Below are positions 55,930-64,000 of a stretch of DNA of 64,000 nt, piece by piece; within the stretch, counting starts at the first letter, position 1; every line of letters starts with the position of its first letter. The translations under genes were made by a program, and so were the position numbers. The notes beneath the pieces were generated by a model. The model did no database searches and had not been told where the DNA came from. It saw only the letters and a list, made by a program, of their open reading frames with translations. The DNA is from Bdellovibrionales bacterium (GTDB lineage: Bacteria; Bdellovibrionota; Bdellovibrionia; Bdellovibrionales; UBA1609), in NCBI GenBank assembly GCA_965204055.1, contig OZ241967.1:1186126-1250125 (forward strand), given 5' to 3'.

Positions 55930-57327
55930 TTACTTTTTAGAAGGACCCAGCATATTTTCCGGTTGAACATAGCGGTCAAACTCCTCAGCAGTAATATAAC
56001 CTAAACGTAAAGCCGCCTCTTTTAATGTCCAGCTATTTTGATATGCAGACTTAGCAATTTGCGCAGATTTATCATACCCAATATGAGGGTTAAGAGCCGT
56101 TACCAACATCAGAGAGTGCTCCAGATTTTGCTCTAACTGCTGTTTGTTTGGTTTTATACCCTCTACACAATGCTTTTGAAAACTAACCATAGCGTCTGAA
56201 AGCAAACGAATAGCCCTGAGTATGTTAAAAATTATCAGAGGCTTAAAAACATTTAATTCAAAATGTCCACTGGATGCTCCTATAGCTACCGCAGTGTCAC
56301 AACCTATCACCTCGGCGCAAACCATTGTTAAAGCCTCGATTTGTGTGGGGTTTACCTTTCCCGGCATAATAGAACTACCTGGTTCACCTGCGGGGATAAA
56401 AATTTCGTTTAACCCAGCTCGTGGGCCACTGGCCATTAAGCGAATATCATTGCCTATTTTCATCAAACTACAAGCCATCGTTTTTAATGTTCCACTTAGT
56501 TCCAATAGATCATCATGGGCAGAGCTGGAAGAAAAATGATTTTTTACTAATACAAAGGGATAACCTGTTTCTTCCGCAATAAGGGTAATGGCCTGATGGG
56601 CAAAATCCGCCGGCGCGTTTAAGCCAGTTCCTACTGCTGTACCTCCTAAAGTTAATCCATATAAATGAGATAGGCTATTTTGCACTCTATCCTGATTATC
56701 AGCCATCTGTTGAGCATAGCCGGAAAACTCCTGATCCAAACCAATAGGGGTAGCATCCATCAAATGAGTGCGCCCCACTTTTATAATGCCCGTAAACTCT
56801 TTTACTTTAGAACGCAGGCTTTTTTCCAAGCCCTTTAAAGCGGGCAAGAGGCGGGTATTTATATGATCCACAGCTACAATATTCATAGCTGTAGGAAACA
56901 CATCATTAGAGGATTGACCTTTATTTACATCGTCATTGGGATGGACACTTTTATCCCCAGGTTTATCTCCTAAAATCTGGATGGCCCGATTGGCTATCAC
57001 CTCATTAACATTCATATTGCTTTGAGTGCCACTACCTGTTTGCCACACCACAAGCGGAAAATCTGAGTCCCATTTTCCTTGTCTCACTTCCTCACTGGCC
57101 TGGATAATAGCCCGTGCTTTTTTACTATCTAAAAGGGATAAAGATTCATTCACTTTGGCAGAACATTTTTTTATCAGGGTGAGAGCGTAAATAATCTCTA
57201 TGGGCATTCTTTCTGCCAAACCACCAATGCGGAAGTTTTCCAAAGACCGTTGGGTTTGCGCTCCCCAAAGGCGATCTTTCGGAATATGAACCACGCCTAA
57301 GCTGTCGGACTCTTCACGAAAAGACAT
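55930..57327 (-). CDS. fumC: class II fumarate hydratase
   Basis: 465 aa; signature GSSIMPGKVNPTQ plus conserved TGSGTQSNMNVNEV. Confidence 0.9.
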   Translation of the reverse strand: MSFREESDSLGVVHIPKDRLWGAQTQRSLENFRIGGLAERMPIEIIYALTLIKKCSAKVNESLSLLDSKKARAIIQASEEVRQGKWDSDFPLVVWQTGSGTQSNMNVNEVIANRAIQILGDKPGDKSVHPNDDVNKGQSSNDVFPTAMNIVAVDHINTRLLPALKGLEKSLRSKVKEFTGIIKVGRTHLMDATPIGLDQEFSGYAQQMADNQDRVQNSLSHLYGLTLGGTAVGTGLNAPADFAHQAITLIAEETGYPFVLVKNHFSSSSAHDDLLELSGTLKTMACSLMKIGNDIRLMASGPRAGLNEIFIPAGEPGSSIMPGKVNPTQIEALTMVCAEVIGCDTAVAIGASSGHFELNVFKPLIIFNILRAIRLLSDAMVSFQKHCVEGIKPNKQQLEQNLEHSLMLVTALNPHIGYDKSAQIAKSAYQNSWTLKEAALRLGYITAEEFDRYVQPENMLGPSKK

Positions 57328-57347
57328 ATTACCAACATCCTTTTGCT

Positions 57348-58094
57348 TTAGTTTGAAAGAGCCAGCTCTTTAGGCTTAAAATGGGCTGTATTCATCAATA
57401 ACGCACTCTTTCCCACCGCTCGAATCACAAATAAACCCTTTTTCTCCGCATACACTTGCGCTCCCGCATCTGACTTAATATAGGCTACGGCCCCATAGAC
57501 CTTCCAGCGCGCATACTCAGGGCAAAAACCCCTAAAATCCCGCATAGTCTCTAAAAAATAATCCACATCTTTTGGCTTTAAAGTGGTCTTTACTTCCACC
57601 GCTACCACTTCGTCTCCATTAGCCGCTATAATATCAAACTCTCTCTCTTTTTTCTTATATATACCAGAAAAACGGGTCATGGTGTGAGTAACCGCTATGC
57701 CTTGTGAGCTAAGCAGTTCTATTAGACTCCCTTCTACCAGAGCCTCCACTAATTTGCCCCACTGAGATGTAAATAAAGTCTCCAGCTTTCTGATAGAGCG
57801 AGTAACTTTTTTCACCTCCTGGCTCATTTTTTTCACCTCTTGGTCGGTTTCTTGCATCCGGCGGTCGGTTTCCTGCATCCGGCGGTCGGTTTCCTGCATC
57901 CGGCGGTCGGTTTCCTGCATCCGGCGGTCGGTTTCTTGCATTTGTTCTCTAACTTCTCGGGCGTTTTCCCTCAAAGTCTCTCTCAACTCCAAAATGCTTC
58001 TCGCTAAACCTTCTGCTGTTATAGACTGGGCCATATTTTCCTCCCCTTTTTTGTTTTTAGCAAATTTCTTTTTAATTTTCAACCTTACACTCAT
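57348..58094 (-). CDS. coiled-coil protein with a C-terminal PD-(D/E)xK-like (DUF3782-type) domain and 5 x QETDRRMQ repeats
   Basis: 248 aa; 24-bp in-frame repeats ~57846-57945; C-terminal EFDIIAANGDEVVAVEVKTTL (D...E-x-K). Confidence 0.5.
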   Translation of the reverse strand: MSVRLKIKKKFAKNKKGEENMAQSITAEGLARSILELRETLRENAREVREQMQETDRRMQETDRRMQETDRRMQETDRRMQETDQEVKKMSQEVKKVTRSIRKLETLFTSQWGKLVEALVEGSLIELLSSQGIAVTHTMTRFSGIYKKKEREFDIIAANGDEVVAVEVKTTLKPKDVDYFLETMRDFRGFCPEYARWKVYGAVAYIKSDAGAQVYAEKKGLFVIRAVGKSALLMNTAHFKPKELALSN

Positions 58095-58215
58095 TACTTC
58101 TATGCAAAATTAAGGCCCAAATCACTTATCTATTGAAAAAAATCAAAAAACTCTATAACCTTTGAGGTCAATAAATATAAAATCCAGTTTAATATCATCT
58201 TAAAAAGGAAAAATA

Positions 58216-58521
58216 ATGATCGTAAATCGCTGGCAAGCCCCCATCCTTCCCACAGAAGAGCAAGTTTTAATGATTTTTGAGCGAGAAGGTTTAAAACCTT
58301 TTGAAGAAATCTACCACCCAGGGGAGGAGGTAAAAGATCATCGTCACCCTTTTGACGAAGTAAGAATGTTGGTAAAAGGCTCTTTACTGATTGATATAGC
58401 TGGAAACCGGCTCCTCTTAAGAGAGGGGGACAAAATAGTAATCCCCTCCAACACTCGCCACTCTAAAAAAGTGCAAGGAGAAACCCCTTGCAAATGTATC
58501 TGCTCCTACAAAGCATTTTAA
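58216..58521 (+). CDS. small cupin-domain protein
   Basis: 101 aa; HRHPFDEV...GDKIVIPSNTRH two-motif cupin pattern. Confidence 0.6.
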   Translation: MIVNRWQAPILPTEEQVLMIFEREGLKPFEEIYHPGEEVKDHRHPFDEVRMLVKGSLLIDIAGNRLLLREGDKIVIPSNTRHSKKVQGETPCKCICSYKAF

Positions 58522-58617
58522 TCCAATAATCGACAGAAGCTCCCGACTTCTTTAGGAATAATGCAAATGTATCTGCTCCTACAAAGCATTTTAATCCAGC
58601 AAGCTTTATTATGTAAA

Positions 58618-60729
58618 TTACAACTTTATTTTATCAGAGGGGCGAAGAGTCCATACCAAAAGTACATATATTAAGTGCAAAAGAGCAAAGCCAGCCACAT
58701 ACTCCACTCCTCCAGAACCAAACCCATAAGAATGCAAGCCTTGGCCTAAAATGTAATTTACCCCATACCAGGCCATCACAATTAAAAAAAAGACCAACAC
58801 AGAGCCTACAGCCAAACCAAACTCTTTAATCCAACCCACTAACCGCCCATGCAGTAGAACCAAATAACCCAGCAAACTGATTAAAGCCCATGTCTCTTTA
58901 GGATCCCAACCCCAAAACCGCCCCCATGAGTAGTCGGCCCAAATGCCTCCCAATATAGTTCCACCAGCTAAAAGCACCACTCCCACCTGTAAGGAGCGAT
59001 CAATACACTTGGCAAACATCCGAATTTTATCCTGATCCTTTGTTCCTTTTCTTAAGAAAATAAAGAGCAGAACATCACTTAGAGCAAACGCCAGAAAAAA
59101 AGCAGAGTAACTCATAGTGATAACTAATACATGAGTAGCAAGCCAAAAGTTAGAACGCAAAACCGCTTCTAATGGTTCCAAACGACCATCTAACAAATCA
59201 GGTGCTGAGTCTGCCAAAAGCAAACAAAACAAAGCCACCGCACTTGCGCAAGCAAAAACAGAAAAAACCTTGTGTCTGAACCACAAAAAAGCCCCTAAAA
59301 TAACAGTCACCCAGGGAACCCAAATCACGGTTTCATACATATTGGTAACGGGAGGGCGACCCATAATAAAAGAGCGCAACACCATTCCGTATCCTTGCAG
59401 AACAAAACCCCCTGCCCATACAATTAAAGTGCTATAAAAAAAAACTTTTTTTTGAAAAAGAAAGTGCGAAAACAACAATAAAAAACCCAATAAATAAAAA
59501 ACCCAAGCGTAGCGAAAAGGGTTAAGCTGATTGTAATGTAGCTCTATAGAGGTTTTAGACATAGATTTTTTATATTCAGGGTATTTTAAAATGAGATATT
59601 GTTTAAAGTTAAAAATTTTAGTTTCTAAAGTCTCTTTTGCTGGTTTGAGATTAAAGTTTTTAAACCCACTTGATAAATCTTTGTCGGAAATCTTACCTTT
59701 TGCAGAAGAAGTTTTATCCTGTGCAGAAACTTTATCTTGTTCAGAAGAAGCTTTATCCTGTGCAGAAACTTTATCTTGTTCAGAAGAAGCTTTATCCTTT
59801 ACAGAAACTTTATCTTGTTCAGAAGAAGTTTTATCCTGTGCAGAAACTGTATCTTTTACGGAAATCAGTTTTCCTTGAGCGGAAATCATAGTCACATAAG
59901 CTTTTATTATATTTTGAAACAGCTGATACTCTTTTTCTGAATCTTTTAATTTTAATAAAGCGCGCCAGGTTCTACCACCTGTATCATCTACCTGCTCCCA
60001 CTGATCACCCCCTTTGTCGCCTGTATCACTAAGTGTCTCTATAGTGTTTTTATCTCTTGCCTCTTCATCTATAAAACCACTCCCTTTGTCGCCTGTATCA
60101 CCAAGTGTCTCTATAGTGTTTTTATCTCCTGCCTCTTCATCTATAAAATCACTCCCTTTGTCGCCTGTATCACTAAGTTTTGCTCCTTGGTTTTCCTCCT
60201 GTTCAAACTTTTTAGATTTAGGGACGGCAGGGACCCAACCCGGTATTTCTCCTCTTTGAAAAGCCTTGTAGAGAATCAGACGATTCTCTAATTTTTGCAA
60301 AGCTTTAAAGTAATCATCTAAAGGTTCTTTATTTTTTTGCCTCCCTCTAAGCTCTGCTATTTCCTGAATAAACACTTTATTTTTTAACAAGGTATTTGGA
60401 CTAAAAAGAGTTTTATCTTTGTCCAACTTTAGAGTTTCCCTTAATACAGACTCTCTTACTTGAACAAAATCCACTTCATTCCAATATTCCGGCAAAAGCA
60501 TCCAGAACATCAGAATATCCACCGCAGGCTGTTTATGAAATTTTGTTTTTCCGTATATAAACCGCAAACTTTCACGAGCAAAAGTATCAAAAGGCTTAAC
60601 TCGCCCCCCACTTTGCACAGGCAAAGATTTTATACTTAACTCTTTTCTTATCAGCTGATCTGCAAAAGAAAAAACAGGAAAAACAAAAAGTATACTTATC
60701 AATATAATAATATAACTACTTTTTCTCAT
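58618..60729 (-). CDS. ccsBA: cytochrome c biogenesis system II protein, fused CcsB/CcsA (ResB/ResC-like)
   Basis: 703 aa; C-terminal WGRFWGWDPKETWALI (WWD heme-handling motif) with many TM helices; N-terminal CcsB-like region interrupted by two repeat families. Confidence 0.75.
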   Translation of the reverse strand: MRKSSYIIILISILFVFPVFSFADQLIRKELSIKSLPVQSGGRVKPFDTFARESLRFIYGKTKFHKQPAVDILMFWMLLPEYWNEVDFVQVRESVLRETLKLDKDKTLFSPNTLLKNKVFIQEIAELRGRQKNKEPLDDYFKALQKLENRLILYKAFQRGEIPGWVPAVPKSKKFEQEENQGAKLSDTGDKGSDFIDEEAGDKNTIETLGDTGDKGSGFIDEEARDKNTIETLSDTGDKGGDQWEQVDDTGGRTWRALLKLKDSEKEYQLFQNIIKAYVTMISAQGKLISVKDTVSAQDKTSSEQDKVSVKDKASSEQDKVSAQDKASSEQDKVSAQDKTSSAKGKISDKDLSSGFKNFNLKPAKETLETKIFNFKQYLILKYPEYKKSMSKTSIELHYNQLNPFRYAWVFYLLGFLLLFSHFLFQKKVFFYSTLIVWAGGFVLQGYGMVLRSFIMGRPPVTNMYETVIWVPWVTVILGAFLWFRHKVFSVFACASAVALFCLLLADSAPDLLDGRLEPLEAVLRSNFWLATHVLVITMSYSAFFLAFALSDVLLFIFLRKGTKDQDKIRMFAKCIDRSLQVGVVLLAGGTILGGIWADYSWGRFWGWDPKETWALISLLGYLVLLHGRLVGWIKEFGLAVGSVLVFFLIVMAWYGVNYILGQGLHSYGFGSGGVEYVAGFALLHLIYVLLVWTLRPSDKIKL

Positions 60730-60923
60730 AATAGATTCCCCCTAAGTGCTCCTCCTAAAGGTTTATTCATACCAAGTTTATCCATGTCGTGTCTGTATAG
60801 TTTTGCCAGCTACCCCTGAAAATGTGCTCACCCTTCTGCTTTATATCAAAATGAGGATAAAAAAAGGGCCTTAACCAGACAGACCCTCCACTACTTATTT
60901 ATTATGGAATAAAGTTTTTTTTC

Positions 60924-61241
60924 TTACTTGATCGCAGTTGCTATTAACCGATCCAGACTAACTCTTATCTCTCTTATCTCCGCTTTTATCTCTTTTTGCT
61001 CCACCTTTATCTCTTTTTGCTCCGCTTTTATCTCTTTTTGCTCCGCCTTTATCTCTGATTTTATCTCTCTTATCTCCATCTTTATCTCTTTTTGCTCTGA
61101 TTCTATACGCGCTTGATTATCCTTTAAAGGCTCAATTTTTGCATTTAGCAAAGCATTAACCCCCACAAGCAAAAAAGACAGGACAATTACAACAACACCG
61201 GCAGTTTGTAAAACTATAGGAACATCTGATAACACTTCCAT
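60924..61241 (-). CDS. small membrane-anchored coiled-coil protein with KAEQKEI heptad repeats (paralogue of 3228..3623)
   Basis: 105 aa; SD AAAGGAGG; MEVLSDVPIVLQT plus TM plus NAKIEPLKDNQ shared with the 3228 ORF; 21-bp repeats ~60975-61060. Confidence 0.55.
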   Translation of the reverse strand: MEVLSDVPIVLQTAGVVVIVLSFLLVGVNALLNAKIEPLKDNQARIESEQKEIKMEIREIKSEIKAEQKEIKAEQKEIKVEQKEIKAEIREIRVSLDRLIATAIK

Positions 61242-61267
61242 TAAATACCTCCTTTTAATTACATATC

Positions 61268-61295
61268 ATTGTAATATAAGAAAAATATTTGTCAA
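61268..61295 (-). promoter_or_regulatory. sigma70-type promoter candidate (TTGACA-N16-TACAAT)
   Basis: Minus strand TTGACA (61295-61290) and TACAAT (61273-61268), ~25 nt upstream of the SD/ATG of 60924..61241. Confidence 0.4.
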
Positions 61296-61300
61296 CGGGG

Positions 61301-61632
61301 GCTGAGCGGAAAAGCAGGTGCATCTTCAGAAGCAACTGGCAAAATTAACCATCAGCAACATGGATAACTATCCCCCTTTGGGGGCTGAGCGGAAAAGCAG
61401 GTGCATCTTCAGAAGCAACTGGCAAAATTAACCATCAGCAACATGGATAACTATCCCCCTTTGGGGGCTGAGCGGAAAAGCAGGTGCATTATATTAGGCA
61501 CCTTGCAAAACTATAAAAAAGCAACATGGATAACTATCCCCCTTTGGGGGCTGAGCGGAAAAGCAGGTGCATCTTCAGAAGCAACTGGCAAAATTAACCA
61601 TCAGCAACATGGATAACTATCCCCCTTTGGGG
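61301..61632. repeat. 4 x 83-bp tandem repeat, each unit ending in the hairpin CCCCC-TTT-GGGGG
   Basis: GCTGAGCGG starts at 61301, 61384, 61467 and 61550. Units 1, 2 and 4 are identical. Unit 3 has a substituted 36-nt core containing the palindrome AGGTGC...GCACCT. The array abuts the stop codon at 61634. Confidence 0.9.
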
Positions 61633-61633
61633 G

Positions 61634-64000
61634 CTATTTGCAGGGGATTTTGTTTGTCCGACACATCCATTGAACACGATGGCTCATCCTCTGAAATATG
61701 TCATCATGCGGAGAACCAAACTTCCCCACCTTGTGGTTTAATTGCTTGCCCTTCGGCAATAACTTCTTTAAATCTAAACTCGCCAATCCCCTCTTGCTCC
61801 CTTTTCCCCTTTTCGCACCCCTTCTGTATCCTCTCCTTGAATTTCCACTGGCAGAACCTCCACCGCTGTAACCCGCAAACTTACCCCCCGCATATCCATG
61901 TAATATCTTCTTGCCCTTAGCTGAATCTCCACCTGATCCCCCTCTTCTACCAGGACCGGAAGAACCACCACCGCCACCAAGACCACCAAGCCCCCCGCCT
62001 GTGCCACCACCGCGTCCGCCAAGCAGTCCACTCATACCACCCGGAGAACTCTTATCTTCCTCTTGCTCATCCTCCCCTAAATCAGGCTCCTCTCCCAATG
62101 GATCCGCAGGCCCGGAAAGAGGGTCATCATCTGGTAATTCAAAGGGCTTCCTCCTTCTCTTACGAGGATCCTTATCAGGACCACCCCCTCCCAACTCTGG
62201 AACCGGAGCAGGAGGACCATCTGGAGAGGATATAATTGGGGAACCAGTAGGCCTGATTATCGGTTGTTGTGGTATAACTGGGGATTTTTGTTCCCACTCA
62301 AGCGGTGGTTCACCACCACACTCCCGCATAGACGCTAAAAGACTTGTACCTATGTTTGTGCTCATATCTTGTATTGATCTATTGGCCTCACGGCCTGTTA
62401 CCTCACATTGCCCAGGAGCTTTTGCTATATTTACCTCTCTGCCATCGCTTTGGGTTGTGTGAGTGGTTATATATTGTTCTTTATAATGACTAAAAAACCT
62501 CTCTGTGCAAGAATGCTCTGAAGGATTATATCCTTCTTTGTCTCTTATACTACCACGGCAAGCCTCCTTAAACGCTTTTGCCACCTTATTCTGCTCCTGA
62601 CGACAGCCTGATTGACAACTGTTAGCCTTGCTTGTGCATTGACCAACCATTGCCCCCTTCATTCCCGCATAAAGACCAGAAGTCTCTTTTACCGCGTCAC
62701 ATTGCTCCTTTGCCCCTCTAAATGCACTCATACCTACATGTAATTTGCCTAAACCATCTAAAGCCGTGGCTAATCCTCCACCCACACACTGCTCAGGACT
62801 ATGGCAACATTTGTTGGCTTTTTTTTGAAGCTCCGCACAGGTCTCTATCGCCTCATCTAAAGCTAAAACTAAATCCGCCTCGCAACTCTGGTTTCCTCCT
62901 TTCTCGCACACCACCCACCACGAAAAAGGCTGTATAGGCTCACCAGATTCGCCGGCAAATTGATCTTCTACCGCTTGTTTTGCAAGGGGTTGTATATAGT
63001 GATTTTGATACCACTCCTCATTAATATTTTGTATTAACCAACTAATGTGTCGGTTACCTTGATCTGAAGAATTACTCCGGCGATCATCATGATCATGATA
63101 ATAATTCACTATGTCTTTAGGATTAACATCGGTAAATATCTTTTCTGCTTCTGTTTGTCCCGCCACCTCACAAAATTCTAGACAGCCTGGATTACCTTTT
63201 GTAGCGGGTTCTTTACATAGGAGACTCGAATTGCTCCCTTTTTCCCCTTCTTTTTTTTTAATGTATCCTAAGCATTCTTCAGTATATATTTTATTGAATG
63301 TGCTTGTTAACTTCGATAAACAACTATTGCGCTGTCCCCTAATAGATTCTGATTCTTCCACAGCCAACAGAATATCAGGAGGGGGGCTATTGCAAATAGC
63401 ATTGCAGTCTATGCTACCGTTATCTATTGAGTCACAAACCCCTGTTTTACCAATTATAGAATTTACATATTGATCACACTGACTACTACAGTCCCCCTCC
63501 CTTGCTACTACTGATCTGTGACCTCTTCCTGAGTTCTCAAGTCTTTTCTTTAATTTGTCGCATTCCTCTAATAAGTAATCTAAGCGCATGTGAGAACCAG
63601 AACCTTTTCGAAACTGAACACAAACATCTGTGCAAGATCGCCCACCGCTGGTCCGTAAATTAGAATATTCTGTTCCACATTCATTTTCTACTTCTACTTC
63701 TACTTGTGCTTGTGCTTGTGCTTGTGCTTTTTGCTTATTACAGCTTGCGAACATCAGGCCATACTGCTGTCCATCCATGCTGGTATCAGCTGGATCGTAG
63801 TTTTTACATACTTCTTCACAATCTAATGTTCCACCCATTGCCTGCGCAGATAATCCTGAAAACTGTTCACAGTCATCTCCTACTGCACTTGCTTCCACAC
63901 TCTCATCTGATGATGCAGCCATGCTGTTCCCCTCTGCTTGCACATTCAATACCTGTTGCTCAACTGCTCTCAAACGTCTTTCACACTCTATTTGCTTGCT
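61634..64000 (-). CDS. large secreted cysteine-rich protein, paralogue of 48287..50962; 5' end beyond the window
   Basis: Frame open to position 64000. The C-terminal ~420 aa are nearly identical to the 48287 gene. The N-terminal part is divergent but shares blocks such as LLCKEPATKGNPGCLEFCEVAGQT. Confidence 0.7.
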   Translation of the reverse strand, partial: SKQIECERRLRAVEQQVLNVQAEGNSMAASSDESVEASAVGDDCEQFSGLSAQAMGGTLDCEEVCKNYDPADTSMDGQQYGLMFASCNKQKAQAQAQAQVEVEVENECGTEYSNLRTSGGRSCTDVCVQFRKGSGSHMRLDYLLEECDKLKKRLENSGRGHRSVVAREGDCSSQCDQYVNSIIGKTGVCDSIDNGSIDCNAICNSPPPDILLAVEESESIRGQRNSCLSKLTSTFNKIYTEECLGYIKKKEGEKGSNSSLLCKEPATKGNPGCLEFCEVAGQTEAEKIFTDVNPKDIVNYYHDHDDRRSNSSDQGNRHISWLIQNINEEWYQNHYIQPLAKQAVEDQFAGESGEPIQPFSWWVVCEKGGNQSCEADLVLALDEAIETCAELQKKANKCCHSPEQCVGGGLATALDGLGKLHVGMSAFRGAKEQCDAVKETSGLYAGMKGAMVGQCTSKANSCQSGCRQEQNKVAKAFKEACRGSIRDKEGYNPSEHSCTERFFSHYKEQYITTHTTQSDGREVNIAKAPGQCEVTGREANRSIQDMSTNIGTSLLASMRECGGEPPLEWEQKSPVIPQQPIIRPTGSPIISSPDGPPAPVPELGGGGPDKDPRKRRRKPFELPDDDPLSGPADPLGEEPDLGEDEQEEDKSSPGGMSGLLGGRGGGTGGGLGGLGGGGGSSGPGRRGGSGGDSAKGKKILHGYAGGKFAGYSGGGSASGNSRRGYRRGAKRGKGSKRGLASLDLKKLLPKGKQLNHKVGKFGSPHDDIFQRMSHRVQWMCRTNKIPCK

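Overview
AT-rich chromosomal segment of a Gram-negative bacterium; the taxon cannot be assigned from sequence alone. Most of it is housekeeping. It carries CysK/CBS-family, MscS, rph, XerC/D, heme A synthase, scpAB, tatD, yicC, a sigma54 response regulator, nrdB, an SPFH protein, a PQQ sugar dehydrogenase, map, SWIB, BolA, fumC and fused ccsBA. It also holds a type II secretion-like cluster (gspE, then gspF-G-H-I-J-K-L-M?-N?, 14.3-26.7 kb) with no secretin, GspC or prepilin peptidase in view. Three things stand out. (1) A ~15.6 kb accessory island lies between tRNA-Asp (27728-27804) and a frameshifted gmk (43454-44031). It contains a small-protein / SDH Clp-fold protease / PLD-SNF2 helicase operon and a 1383-aa PglX- or type IIG-like adenine methyltransferase. 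That gene is divergent from a 601-aa protein with an R-x4-H (DUF4209/HEPN-like) C-terminus. Two directly repeated Rpn (YhgA-like) nuclease genes, MITEs and gene remnants complete the island. (2) Two apparent contingency switches sit on large cysteine-rich surface proteins. One is an exact 32 x 8-bp repeat between an RBS+ATG and a start-less prepilin-type ORF (7971-10417). The other is an 18-nt poly-C tract just upstream of the 48287-50962 gene. A paralogue of that gene at 61634-64000 shares a ~1.3 kb near-identical 3' part. (3) The window is unusually rich in tandem repeats, in frame, intergenic and spanning stop codons, and in MITE- or REP-like dispersed elements. All functional calls rest on motifs read by eye; no database search was possible.
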